A stretch of DNA of 62,935 nucleotides, counting the filler, from Rhabdomonas costata (taxonomy: Eukaryota), in NCBI GenBank assembly GCA_019059605.1. It is 51 parts of 51 records of this genome, joined end to end, with 100 filler letters (N's around TTAATTAATTAA, not from the genome) between each part and the next. Parts side by side here need not be neighbours in the genome. Positions count along the whole stretch, not along the records: positions 23,490 to 24,625 come from JAHMHO010026832.1; positions 24,726 to 25,861 come from JAHMHO010026833.1; positions 25,962 to 27,097 come from JAHMHO010026834.1; positions 27,198 to 28,333 come from JAHMHO010026835.1; positions 28,434 to 29,569 come from JAHMHO010026836.1; positions 29,670 to 30,805 come from JAHMHO010026837.1; positions 30,906 to 32,040 come from JAHMHO010026838.1; positions 32,141 to 33,276 come from JAHMHO010026839.1; 43 more parts are not named here. One strand, given 5' to 3'. Positions 24,304-35,746 of this stretch are shown piece after piece. Numbering within the stretch: the stretch's first letter is position 1; the number at the start of each line of letters is the position of its first letter. Under the pieces are notes generated by a model. The model did no database searches. It was not told where the DNA came from and worked only from the letters and a program-made list of their open reading frames with translations. The translations under genes were made by a program, and so were the position numbers.

Positions 24304-25191
24304 CTGGGCGGAAAGCAACGGTCAGTTGGCCAAATGCTCCCCCTACTTACTTTCACAAATCGGAAAAAAAGAACAGATAGTGTTGACGTCAGTGGTAGTT
24401 ACTCAAAAAATTGCGAGTAGGTGAAGCAACTAATGCGCATTTCTTCTCCACCTCCGCTTGACGTCGCCTGGGGTTGGAATTTTGGTCTTGCGTGACATTG
24501 CACCACAAAAACATGCAAGTTTGGGAAGGAAATGGGATGGCGGAGGCTGGTTTCACTTTTTGGCGTATAACGACTTTATACCGTAAAACGTTACTACCCC
24601 ACCCCATCCCCCAAACGTGACCCGGNNNNNNNNNNNNNNNNNNNNNNNNNNNNNNNNNNNNNNNNNNNNTTAATTAATTAANNNNNNNNNNNNNNNNNNN
24701 NNNNNNNNNNNNNNNNNNNNNNNNNTTGTGGTGTGGAGCACAGTCACATAGGCGAATTTCAGCGGCGGCGGCGGCGACGACTCCAGCTCCACGGAGAGCT
24801 GATGACATCCATCACAACATACGATTTTTGGTTCGTAGATGAGCAAATTTCCCTGCTGCCTCATGGCAAGCCGAGATTCCATTGCGCTTCTCTAATTTCA
24901 ATGACTTTCCACGTGAAACCACCAACTTAGAAACCAGAACCAAGTTCACATGAGAGATGACCCTTTCAAATGTATAACTGAAACTCATGTCAACTCCAAA
25001 AACTATTGGCAAGTCCAAAACACAGCAACAATCCACGGCACATAAGGAAAAAGAGAAAAGCCCGGGTAACAGTTGTTTTTACCTTCCTTCCTTTCCTTTG
25101 TCCCAAAGAGGCCTAAAAAACAGAACGTAACAGATTGTGGCGTGGGCGTTGGAGAGAGGTCAAAGTTCGGAAGAGGACAGTGCACAACCAC

Positions 25192-25348
25192 TTCGGAGTC
25201 CTGCCTTGGGTGAAACGAGCGTAGCCGCAGCCATTTCCGGCGGCGCACAAACCGCCCTACTCGGGGTTTGGGGTAGAAATTCAGGTACCACTCGCGGGCG
25301 TACATCCACCCCTCCGGGTCCGTCGCGTCTTTGTCAACGACAACATCC
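25192..25348 (-). CDS. Exon of dysferlin (DysF) domain protein
   Basis: TDPEGWMYAREW...RFVRRRKWLRLR is the D-x-EGW-x-YA / VRRR-x-W-x-R-x-R DysF signature. Confidence 0.85.
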
Positions 25349-26187
25349 CTGGGGCAGGGAGACAATGCGAAGACACATTACTGAGTCAAGCCAGGCATTC
25401 CCACGTACCCTCCACCATGCCGACGATGCCCCCCACCTCCAAAAAAGAGTGAGTGAAGTGGAGTTCTGACTAGACACAATTATTGTTCAGAAAACACCAG
25501 GCAATGCCCCAAGGTCCAATCAGGCAGGAAAGAGCGAGACAGAAAGGGGGTGTGCAGCACAAGTTGAGAGGTTTCCTTTTTCTTAGACGGCTTGCACGCC
25601 GCCCAAGAAAAAGCAGAAAAATAGCATAGCTTCGGGCAAAGAAAGAGAGGGCAGGATGAATGCGAATGGTGGATAAGGTGACAGACGTCGAAAACCGGGC
25701 GCGGTGCAGGGGGGGGTAAAATAAGCAACTTGACACAAAACATTTGATGCAAAGAAAAAAGAAAAATTTGCAAAAAAAAAAAAGAAAAGAAAAGAAATGC
25801 GCCTTCAGCAGAAAGCGTACATGGAGAGAGGGCGGCACACCACGGCCCGTCCCCAAACACCNNNNNNNNNNNNNNNNNNNNNNNNNNNNNNNNNNNNNNN
25901 NNNNNTTAATTAATTAANNNNNNNNNNNNNNNNNNNNNNNNNNNNNNNNNNNNNNNNNNNNGTTTGGGGTGGGCAGTGTGCAGTTGTGGTTCTCTCACTG
26001 CACAGCTTGGATGTCTTCGCGCCTCTGCGGATGCCGCAGCAGCAGCTGTTGGTCGAGACCCCCTGACACTCACTGAAAGCAGACACCGATCACACACCAC
26101 ACGCAAACCGCAGAAAGAGTGACAGCGACAGTCAGAAGCCATCGCACTCCCGCAGGGCATATGTGCCGATGCTGTTCCATGGCTCAG

Positions 26188-26870
26188 GTGAGCTCCTTGG
26201 AGCGGTTGGAGCAGCAAGTGAAGCGACTGCAGGCGCTGGAGCAGAGCTGCCCCGAGGGCTTTTCCTCAGACGACGACACCAATGACGCAGAGCGCCAGCC
26301 TCCCCAGGCACGTGCCTGTTCTTGTGCATTTCTTCCCCTTCCATGTTCTCCCAGGCACAGTATTGCTCGGAGATTTGCGCTAAGCGCCTCACTGGTACTG
26401 CATGCCTTCCCAATTATGTCAAGTATTCTTCCGTAGCATGTGCTGCCACCGCTGAGATTTGATGAATCTGGGGGTCTTGCATGGATTGTGTACCGGTACT
26501 GCAATGGATTGTTGGCCTCCGGTTGACCTGTTGAGGAGTTTATGTTTGCGCTGACCGATAATTTTGCAGTCTCTTTGGTCGTGTCGTTTGACTAGTCTCT
26601 TGAGCACTCTTGTGGCTGAGTGAACCGCATTGACCCGTCACATTGTGGTTGTTGTGGTGGTGGGGCATTCCGAAGGGTCAGCTGGGTTTTAGGGGATGTT
26701 GTGAGGGAAGGAGAGGGACATTGGGGCATGATTCGTGGGCGCTACAGGAGCTTTCTCCAAAGGGCCCCTGCGCCGGGGTGGATCTGCTGGGGTTTCTGAA
26801 GACCCACGAGGCTCACAGCCGGGAACTTCTGGAACTGGCCGTGCACTACGCGTGGCAGTCCATTTCTCAG
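26188..26870 (+). CDS. Unknown protein; exons 26188-26307 and 26748-26870
   Basis: Coiled-coil exon VSSLERLEQQVKRLQALEQ... and exon ELSPKGPCAGVDLLGFLKTHEAHSRELLELAVHYAWQSISQ; both phase 0 and both followed by GC. Confidence 0.55.
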
Positions 26871-27657
26871 GCCTAATTCTTATTTTTTTATTTGGAAAAG
26901 AACTGCCCCACATAAACGTACAGGAGGGGTACAGTGGCCCAAGATTTTCACGTAGCTCACCAAGACGTTTACGCATCTGTGGCAAGGCTGTTCTTTCGTG
27001 TGCGGCTTTGAGATCTTCTGTCTGTGAACCCGCCCCGTTCCCCTTTAGGCGGGTAACAATGGGCCAGGAAGGGAATGGGACGGGTTCACACACAAAANNN
27101 NNNNNNNNNNNNNNNNNNNNNNNNNNNNNNNNNNNNNNNNNTTAATTAATTAANNNNNNNNNNNNNNNNNNNNNNNNNNNNNNNNNNNNNNNNNNNNGTG
27201 TGTGCAACTCAAAGGAAAGTTCAACAGGTTAAAACAGGAGGTGCGCTCAGTTGTCTTCCGAAATTCTTCATGTTGACAAGACTTCGTCATTTCTCAATTT
27301 GGAATTTCGGAAGACAACTGAGCGCACCTCCTGTTTTAACCTGTTGAACTTTCCTTTGAGTTGCACGTACCTCTTCCACTTTTACCCCGGTCCAGCTTCA
27401 GCTACATCTTCCTCTCCAGAGGCCCAGCCTGTTGCTTAAATAAATGGAGCTCAGAGAATGCTGGACCATATTAACAAGCTTTCCCTGCGTAATGCTGCAC
27501 AAAGGCTGCAGGGAGTAGAGTTCCAATTCCGTTCTATCATCCGATGATCCAGAAAAGAATCGTCTTTGACTGCAACCGGGCATGGAGCAAGCAGGAGCAC
27601 TGTCTTCAGCACTGCTTGAACAAGACACTTGGGCAAGAGAGTGCCCAAGTGTCCCAG

Positions 27658-27794
27658 AAGGTCCGGGCCGCGGCGAGCGTCGATTGCCTGGCCGCCATCC
27701 GAGCCTTCACTGGCACCGTGATGTGCTACGTACTGTGGGAGCTCATGACCATCCGAGATGCGCGGTTCACCGACGTCCTCCCCTTCCGAAGCTG
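27658..27794 (+). CDS. Exon, possibly N-terminal helical part of an ART-like domain
   Basis: LAAIRAFTGTVMCYVLWELMTIRDARFTDVLPFRSW weakly resembles the AI-x-x-YT...Y-x-x-LN-x-x-LR helix pattern. Confidence 0.4.
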
Positions 27795-28121
27795 GTGCTG
27801 GTTGATACGTGGATCTCAAAAAACTCGGAATGCTGAAAAAAAAACTAACATCCACACTGGTTATCACTCCCCTGTAAGTTATCGAAAATCAAGCTATCAA
27901 CCAAACACGTGAAGTTAGAATACTCTGATCCCGATATATCTGAAACGATGGAGTTTCCTTTCCCAACAAAGCTAAGCACTGAATCGGAAAAACATCCACC
28001 TGTCCAAAACGTTTTCTCAGGAACTCATATATAATCAAACCGCTGCATTCACAAAATGTGTGCCGTCGCGTATGTCGGCTGGGGTCCGCTGCCAATCCCT
28101 CACCACCGCTGCCACTTCACA

Positions 28122-28333
28122 CTAAAGCCCTATGGACAGCACATGCCGCAGCAGCTTTTCCACCGCGCTGATGCCCCGCTCTCGTGCCCACTCCAATGCC
28201 GTGAGACCATGGGGGCCCTTCGCCGCCAGAGACGCGCGGCACTCCGCCAGCAGCCCCACAACCCCTGCGTGGCCGAAATAGGCTGCGACGAGCAGAGGTG
28301 TGAATCCAGGGGTCGTACCATCCCCCACCACAA
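28122..28333 (-). CDS. C-terminal exon of ankyrin-repeat protein
   Basis: GFTPLLVAAYFGHAGVVGLLAECRA...GLTALEWARERGISAVEKLL. Confidence 0.88.
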
Positions 28334-28433
28334 NNNNNNNNNNNNNNNNNNNNNNNNNNNNNNNNNNNNNNNNNNNNTTAATTAATTAANNNNNNNNNNN
28401 NNNNNNNNNNNNNNNNNNNNNNNNNNNNNNNNN

Positions 28434-29435
28434 TGTGGTTTGTGTTACAATCATTGAACCAGCATATGTATCATTTATATTATCTGGTACAGCATTTCTT
28501 TCAATTACTACCCATAAATCATTTTTGATCTTGTGTGAATGGAAAAATATTATTCACATTTATCATTATTGTATCACATAATATTGTATTGTTGCCATTT
28601 TCAGCTATTGTTATTGATTTAGATATTATGTTTGTCGTTGTATCTTGTGCTGGCGCATCAGATGCATTTAAAAATACTGATTTCCCGAATACTGTAAAAT
28701 TATAATATATCTGCAATTCAATATTTCCACTTGTTGCATTATCTACCATGTAATATATCGTCGCTTTTATTGGAAAAGATATATCAAGATCATATGGTAA
28801 TGTAAAATTTGTTACTCCTTTATGTGCTCCACCACTTACAAATTTATTGTTCTTTTTTGCTATACTTACTTTTATTTTTACTTTTCTTATCTATAAATAC
28901 TTCTTGATTTACAGCTGCACAATTTGATGGTTCTATATCAACAAGACTTAATGGTATGTAACCAACTGGTCTTGATTTACCGTAGTATTCAACAAATCCA
29001 TCATGATTTACTCTACAATTATTTGTATGTATTTTCACATATTTAGCTTTAGGTATATTTGATAATTGTTCCATGTATCCTCTTCTAAATTGTTATTTGT
29101 TAAACAAATCGTATTTACATAATCATATTTTCCTTCACCAATAGATAATGTTACTGGTTGTACTGCATTTCCAAGACGTACATCTCCTAAAATAGCATGG
29201 TAGGTTTTTAAATCTTTATAAATAGTTGAACATAAACTAAAATTTACACCGTTTGGATTATTTATTTTTATCATCTAAATCACATGCTGTTGTATTTAAA
29301 TGAGCGTCTGTTGCCAATATATATCATAATTATGTGATGAAGTTATATTTGCACTATTTGCATTGAATGTTGATTTCGATCCCGTTGGTCCTACAACTAA
29401 TGTATTATCATTGTCTTCTGTTTGGAAATTATTTT
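28434..29435 (-). pseudogene. Multiply frameshifted large AT-rich gene resembling giant-virus virion/fibre-type proteins
   Basis: Protein-like text continues across at least five frame changes: NNFQTEDNDNTLVVGPTG / LATDAHLNTTACDL / IKINNPNGV...GEGKYDYVNTICLTNNNLEEDTW / KIHTNNCRVNHDGFVEYYGKSRP / KFVSGG...FTLPYDLDISFPI / LWVVIERNAVPDNINDTYAGSM. Confidence 0.65.
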
Positions 29436-30292
29436 GTGCTGTCTCGCAAAGAGACGTTGCTTCACGGTAAGCACGCAGAGCTTCAACGTAAGAGGCGTTC
29501 GCACTATCTCTTTCACCTGTGAAGTCAGCTCCTCGTTGCGAGACAGCACAAAATAATTTCCAACAAAACNNNNNNNNNNNNNNNNNNNNNNNNNNNNNNN
29601 NNNNNNNNNNNNNTTAATTAATTAANNNNNNNNNNNNNNNNNNNNNNNNNNNNNNNNNNNNNNNNNNNNGGTTGTGGTGAGGGATGGCAAGCCCCGCCTT
29701 GAAAAGAATGATCCGCCGCTTGCGGCGCCAAGGCCGTAAGGGGAAATGCAAAAGATTATGTCCTTGGCATTGGCAGAGTCTTCGACTGTCAGTGGTCTTT
29801 TTTGAAATAGAACTCCCTGCCAGAGTGTATATTCCTCCTGACTTGAAGTCAACCTGAGGGGGGTGCGGTTTTTCCCTTCATAGTTCTTTCAACTTGGGTT
29901 TTACGTCACAGATTTGTCTCCGTGCTCTTTCTGGGGCAGCCGGACCTACAGTGCAGCTCTCCGGAACACGTCAGGACTTTCGGTTCTGCCGCCCTGGAGG
30001 TCCAACCCCAACCCAACTAACAATTACGGCATATCCCTGTTAACGCGGGTGTGTTGGGTCTGGTTTGAATGCTGATCCTCTACTGCTTTCGTTTAGCCGT
30101 TTACCCGCTAGCGCATCTCCTCTGCCACCAATACACTGCTCTTCTTCCATTGTCCTCCCACGGCATCGCCTCCCGGCTCATTCGATTGGTATTGTCGCTG
30201 TGTGCCTATCCGTCCTTTCTTCCCAAAACAAGCCGCGTTCCCTTGCGTGTCAACCATACTTTTCTTTCACCGTGTGGCCTTTCCGCCCTCAG

Positions 30293-30467
30293 ATCATTGG
30301 ACGCCACGAGGGAGAGGTGCTGCAGCTGCTGCAGGATGACAAGGGCCTGCACCTCATCGCAGTGTTTGGGCTGCAGAGCCAGACCACGCCCTCGGTGCCT
30401 GCGGTGCAGGCCGTGCTTGACCTTCTGGGGTGTCCCGAGGTGACGCTGAATCTGGCCTGCCGGATCG
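30293..30467 (+). CDS. Internal exon, unknown protein
   Basis: AG/GT-bounded GC3-rich IIGRHEGEVLQLLQDDKGLHLIAVFGLQSQ...LNLACRI. Confidence 0.6.
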
Positions 30468-32140
30468 GTATGGAATGAGTGTGTTTCACAAACCATTTCT
30501 GCGTTTCTTGCCGGTGCGAATGTGTTTTAGGGCCACGGGGTCACAAGCAGCACCAGTTTTTTTTCATCTGCAGGACTCATGTTTTCAGGTGCCGGATATT
30601 CAACAGGACTTCCCCTTGTGAGCGTGCATGTCCTTTCCTTCCCTCACCGCAGGGCTCGGCAGCATCAGCGGTGTAAAACCAACACATCAAATGACGTCCC
30701 TCTGTATTTCGTCGCAGGGGTGGCCACGGGGAACGCGGCTTGTTTTGAGAAGAAAGGACGGATAGGCACACAGCGACAATACCAATCGAATGAGCCGGGA
30801 GGCGANNNNNNNNNNNNNNNNNNNNNNNNNNNNNNNNNNNNNNNNNNNNTTAATTAATTAANNNNNNNNNNNNNNNNNNNNNNNNNNNNNNNNNNNNNNN
30901 NNNNNGGTTGGTGGGGACGGGAAGGCGGCGCTGGCCGTCTCCCTTTCCATCAGTGAGGTGGAGGTGCCACTGATGGACGTTCAGCTCGCCTTTCTGCGAC
31001 GCGTCCTGGAGGACAACCTGGGCCGCCGCCGCCTTCCCGTCCCCGGCACCACTAATACGGTCCCCTGCAGGTTGCTTCCGTCCCTGTATGGGTTGTATTT
31101 TTTCATTGTTAGCAACTGGTCTGGTTACCGTCTATCCTAGAGTGTTCCAAATCCCGTTCAAAACCGTGCGGGGTGCTGTTCAATTGATGTGCTCTGGGTT
31201 AGGGAAGGAAACATGTTGTGTTGTCGTTGGCGGTTGCTTTATTCTGTTGTTTGGGATTGCTAGTGTGAGGCTTCACGCCTTATTTTTCGCTCCAGCGCGC
31301 AGGTAGCAGCGGTAACTCCAGGTAGCAGCGGTAGCAGCGGTAACTCTTCTCACCACGAGTGACAGGGTTGCTTTTTGTTGAGGGTGATCTCTGAATGTGC
31401 AGCGATGGCAATGCGGTGTCATGCGGGACCTCCTCGCCATCCACGAGTCCCGTGGCTCCTTCTTCCCGGCTGAGGCCGGTGCCCCACCCCCCTCTGTGAC
31501 GGCCAGCCCAGGAGGCCTGCGGCCCGCACGCGCGCCAGGCTTACCCTCCCCAAGGCTCTACCCCGTGGCTCTCTCCGCTTCCTCAGCAAGCCCGGACCGG
31601 TGTGTTTCCCCAATGGATCCTTTTGCGTGTTCTTCAGCGTGCTTCCGCCCTTCCCTAACCTTTTGCTTCAGCCATACTAATGGCAAAATGAGAGCTGTGG
31701 GTTGGAGCCGGGGAGGGTCAGCCTACTATACTAAAAAGAGAAAAAAAATTGCCGTTTGCCCTGTTACCTGCGGGGGCCGGGGAGGTTGCCACTTCCCCAA
31801 ACGGTTGCAGTTCGATGTCGTTGTGGGCCCACACTGACTTCCTGTCCAACACAAGGTACGAGGTGCACTTCCCGTGCTTCCGGCTGCGATTGCTGTCCAC
31901 CTCCTCCTCTGGCTCTTCCTCCTCCGTGGCCCCCACTCTGCTGCCTCATTCCTTGCCTGTGGCTTCCCTCGTGATGAGCGACCTCAGCTTGCGCCACCAA
32001 GGTTGTTATGCTGTAATCCCTACCAACAACAACCTTCTTTNNNNNNNNNNNNNNNNNNNNNNNNNNNNNNNNNNNNNNNNNNNNTTAATTAATTAANNNN
32101 NNNNNNNNNNNNNNNNNNNNNNNNNNNNNNNNNNNNNNNN

Positions 32141-32422
32141 GGGTTGGGGTACCGGAAGTCCTTGTCCGCCGCAAGCTTTTGTAGAGCGACCGCTGGCCCA
32201 TCCCCAACCCAAAGCGTCTCCGGCATGAACTTCCGGTACTCCAACAGGCACCCGCATAGCTGCTGGAACGATGCCATCAGCTCATTCACTTCGGAGATGC
32301 ACGACCCTGGGAAGGCCGGCGGCTGGGAGAGCCGCATCCGGCTCAGAAGCCACATGTCCCGCACCAGCTGCCGAATGGGGTGGGTCAGCAGCCGCACCAG
32401 GGCCACCGTGAGGAGGCAGGTG
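32141..32422 (-). CDS. TM plus HAMP-like linker of a receptor adenylate cyclase or sensor protein (partial)
   Basis: LLTVALVRLLTHPIRQLVRDM...ISEVNELMASFQQLCGCLLEYRKFMPE: TM helix, P-x-x-x-L, EV-x-x-L-x-x-x-F, then the Y-x-x-F-x-P linker seen before class III cyclase domains. Confidence 0.7.
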
Positions 32423-33843
32423 CTGCCCAAAAAGGTTAGGTTGGAAACGAGATGCGATTGTTGAGTGCAATAGAAAATTGGGGAAGTGGGTTATGGTTCC
32501 ACTGGTATTGGTTCCCAACGGTGACGAAAACGGACCACAATTCCTGTTGGTATTTCAACTTGACAAAGATCGCATAACTGACGCGAGAGCCTGAGAAATG
32601 ATTTTTGTTGCTGCTACCAAGGGTAGTTAGCTAGTCCAAGTGTTCGTCGAAACGTCTGCTTGCTAACTAACGTCAAAACTGAAGCTGGCTAAGAGCAAAG
32701 CTGTAGGACAGCATTAGTTTAGCGGTGGCTGGGGGGGGGGTATTAGAGACTTTCATTGTTTCAATATGAAAAGTGGTAACAATACTTACGGTTCACAGTG
32801 GCAACCGTTCACCCCCCACCAACAACAACAACTTAGGCTGCAACAACGACTGTTGTGACTGTGAAGGGTGCCTGAATACTCTGAAAGTCCTTCTCGCATA
32901 GAAAAGAGATGGTCTCGATGAGAGTGCCTAGAATAGCAGAGGCTTCACTGTGAAAGACTTTGGAGAGTCTGTTCTCCGTTAACTCATGACGGTTATTTCG
33001 CCCCCGGTGGCCCTTAGACTGGTTGCCGCTCGCTTGCAGACGCGAGCTTTCAGCGAATTTGTGTGCAGCGATGTGAAACCCTGTATCTTTCACGCGTCAT
33101 CGTCCTCCGCCACCTTTCAGAACAACAAATGCACGCAGTAATCTGGAACGCTCGGTGATAAAACCCGTTAAAAGTCCTCTTCCAAAAGTGACATCAAAGG
33201 ATCCCGTGCCACACAGAACGCTCTACAAAACCGGGGAAAAACGGATTCAGAAGCGAAAAGACAAACCCAACACACANNNNNNNNNNNNNNNNNNNNNNNN
33301 NNNNNNNNNNNNNNNNNNNNTTAATTAATTAANNNNNNNNNNNNNNNNNNNNNNNNNNNNNNNNNNNNNNNNNNNNGTGGTTTGTTGATGAGACCATACA
33401 GACCTATTAAAAATGGTCGGAGAGAAAAAAGAGCTGATATCGTGTGTATACAGAATTGTTTTGAAATTACTACTTATATTAAGACCAGGAAGACCTCCTA
33501 AAATGTTCGGAGAGATAGAGAGAGCGGCTATGATCTGTTCGCAGTTTTTTTTGAATGTGCGGCATGGTATGGATATATATATATAAATAATAATATAAAT
33601 AATAATATAAATATATTTATAAATTTAATATAAATATTACATATACGTAGTAGTAGTATATATACGTAGTAGTAGTATAGTAATATGTGAGCACCGTCCC
33701 ATTTTTACGAAGCCTGCGGCTTCTTCAAACTGGGACGTTGCGCACATATTACGTTCACTTTCAATCGCCGCCGCGCCGCCACCATTAGACTATCTGTTTG
33801 AGAGAGAGCCGCTAAACTGACTGTTCTGTACAAGTTAAATATT

Positions 33844-33931
33844 ACCCAGCCCATCCATAATATCCAGCACATAATACCACCCAGTCCATCCATAATATCC
33901 AGCACATAATACCACCCAGTCCAGCCATAAT
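33844..33931. repeat. 35-bp tandem repeat x about 2.5
   Basis: Unit ACCCAG(C/T)CCATCCATAATATCCAGCACATAATACC starting at 33844, 33879 and 33914. Confidence 0.92.
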
Positions 33932-34016
33932 CTATAGTGCATACTAGGGTATTTTTGTATAATTTATTAAAAAAATTATATAATAATTATATAAATGGAA
34001 CCATTAGAAGTGTGGA

Positions 34017-34290
34017 TATATATAAATAATAATTATAATATATAATTATAATATATAATTATAATATATAATTATAATATATATTAAAAATAAAATTTTT
34101 TTAATAAAAATTATTATATATATAATTATAATATATAATTAATTATTATATTAATTATAATTATATAATTATAATTATATTTAATAATTAATAATTATAT
34201 TTTTAATTATATTTAATAATTAATATATAATTATAATTATATTAATTATTAACTATATAATTATATAATTAATTATATATATAATTTATA
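34017..34290. repeat. Near-pure A/T low-complexity tract
   Basis: About 270 nt of TATAAT/TAATTA variants with almost no G or C. Confidence 0.95.
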
Positions 34291-35585
34291 TGAATATTTA
34301 CATGTACGAAAAAATGTCAAATTAATGAATATTTTTTAGCATGATAAATTGTCAAAGTAATGAATATTTAATATTGAATTCGCGAAAAAAACAATATGAA
34401 TATTTCGCGGATTAAATTTTAGTGTGAAAAAGTAAAAAACTTAGGTAGTGCGACCAGGCCGGCCATTACGTCGAAGACGTAATACTATGTTGTAGCATGT
34501 CTAATATGCAAANNNNNNNNNNNNNNNNNNNNNNNNNNNNNNNNNNNNNNNNNNNNTTAATTAATTAANNNNNNNNNNNNNNNNNNNNNNNNNNNNNNNN
34601 NNNNNNNNNNNNGGTTGTGTGGCGGTCTTTCTGTGCCCTGTGCCCGATGCACTTTCAGTTTTTGGCATTCAATCTTTTATTTCGTCATTTGGTTCCAGAA
34701 CATCGGAGCATTCCGCGGCGCGGGCACTGCTGATCAATGAAAGATGTAGTTTGTATGGATTGCAGCGCGGCATTTTTCCCGTTTTTACGAAGTGCGCGCT
34801 TCCTGTGCGCAGAGCGTGTCCCCCGTCTCGCGGACCGACCCCAACTTGAGCCCTGGGGCACGATCGTGTGTTGTTTTACTGCTGTGTCTCTCTCTTTCTC
34901 AGTTGGGAAAGCTCAGGACTGTGGAAGGATTGTCGGACGACAAAACAGTTTGCAACAGAAAACGTAAGGTCAACTAAGTGACAGGGGGATGAGCGTGAGA
35001 AGAGGCCGTGTGAAGGGTTTGGAAAGAGTGAACGTGAACAGCATGGGAATGAACGAGAGCGAGGGAATCGGCGTGCGGAGGGATGGCGAAAGGACGGGAA
35101 AGAGAATGAAGAGGAAGAGGGAGCAACGGCTGTGACGAAGTGTGAACGGTCAAAAATTGGAAGGAAGAGGGATGATGCTACGGGATGTCGATTCGCACAG
35201 AGTTCCTGGGTATGACGGCGAAATCTAAGAGGGAGGGAGAGAGGGAGGGAAGAGGGGGGATTGAGTTCTATGCAGCTCTTGCTGGTTGCCGTCCCCATTG
35301 CTGTGTGCCTGTCTATTTTGTCATCTTTGGACTCGCCTGGTTTTACCCAGCTCGCCAAGTTCGGAAGAGGACGACTGCCTGTGAGACACTTCTCCAATTG
35401 ACCCCCCCCCCCATGCTGTTCCCTGGAATTATTTAACTGTGTTTCTCCCACTCAGGGAAGCCCGCAAGCTTTCGCCTCGCTCGTACAAAACTATGCTGGA
35501 AAGGCTAGCATCGGTGCCTTGTTCTCTCCTCCTTCTCTTCCTCTATTCTCCTTCCTTTGTGCTGGTACTCGTTTTGCAGTGGGCA

Positions 35586-35746
35586 TGGGGACCTTCAGCA
35601 GCGTAGAATGACGAAACGATTCACGTCCTTGACTCCGTCCTCTAAATTCTGGAACGCATCTTTTCAAGCTGCGTTCCCTGTGGAAGAAGTATGCCGGAGC
35701 CAAGGACGTGAATCGTTTCGTTATTCTACGCTGCTAAAGGTCCCCC
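35586..35746. repeat. Imperfect inverted repeat with about 50-bp arms (MITE-like hairpin)
   Basis: 35586-35636 is the reverse complement of 35696-35746 with 3 mismatches. Confidence 0.8.

Noticed and set aside
27202-27366. Perfect 65-bp inverted repeat; similar at 29422-29563, 37093-37218 and 40806-40956
   Set aside because: Near-perfect arms abutting contig ends with short loops are typical fold-back chimeras from amplification or library preparation
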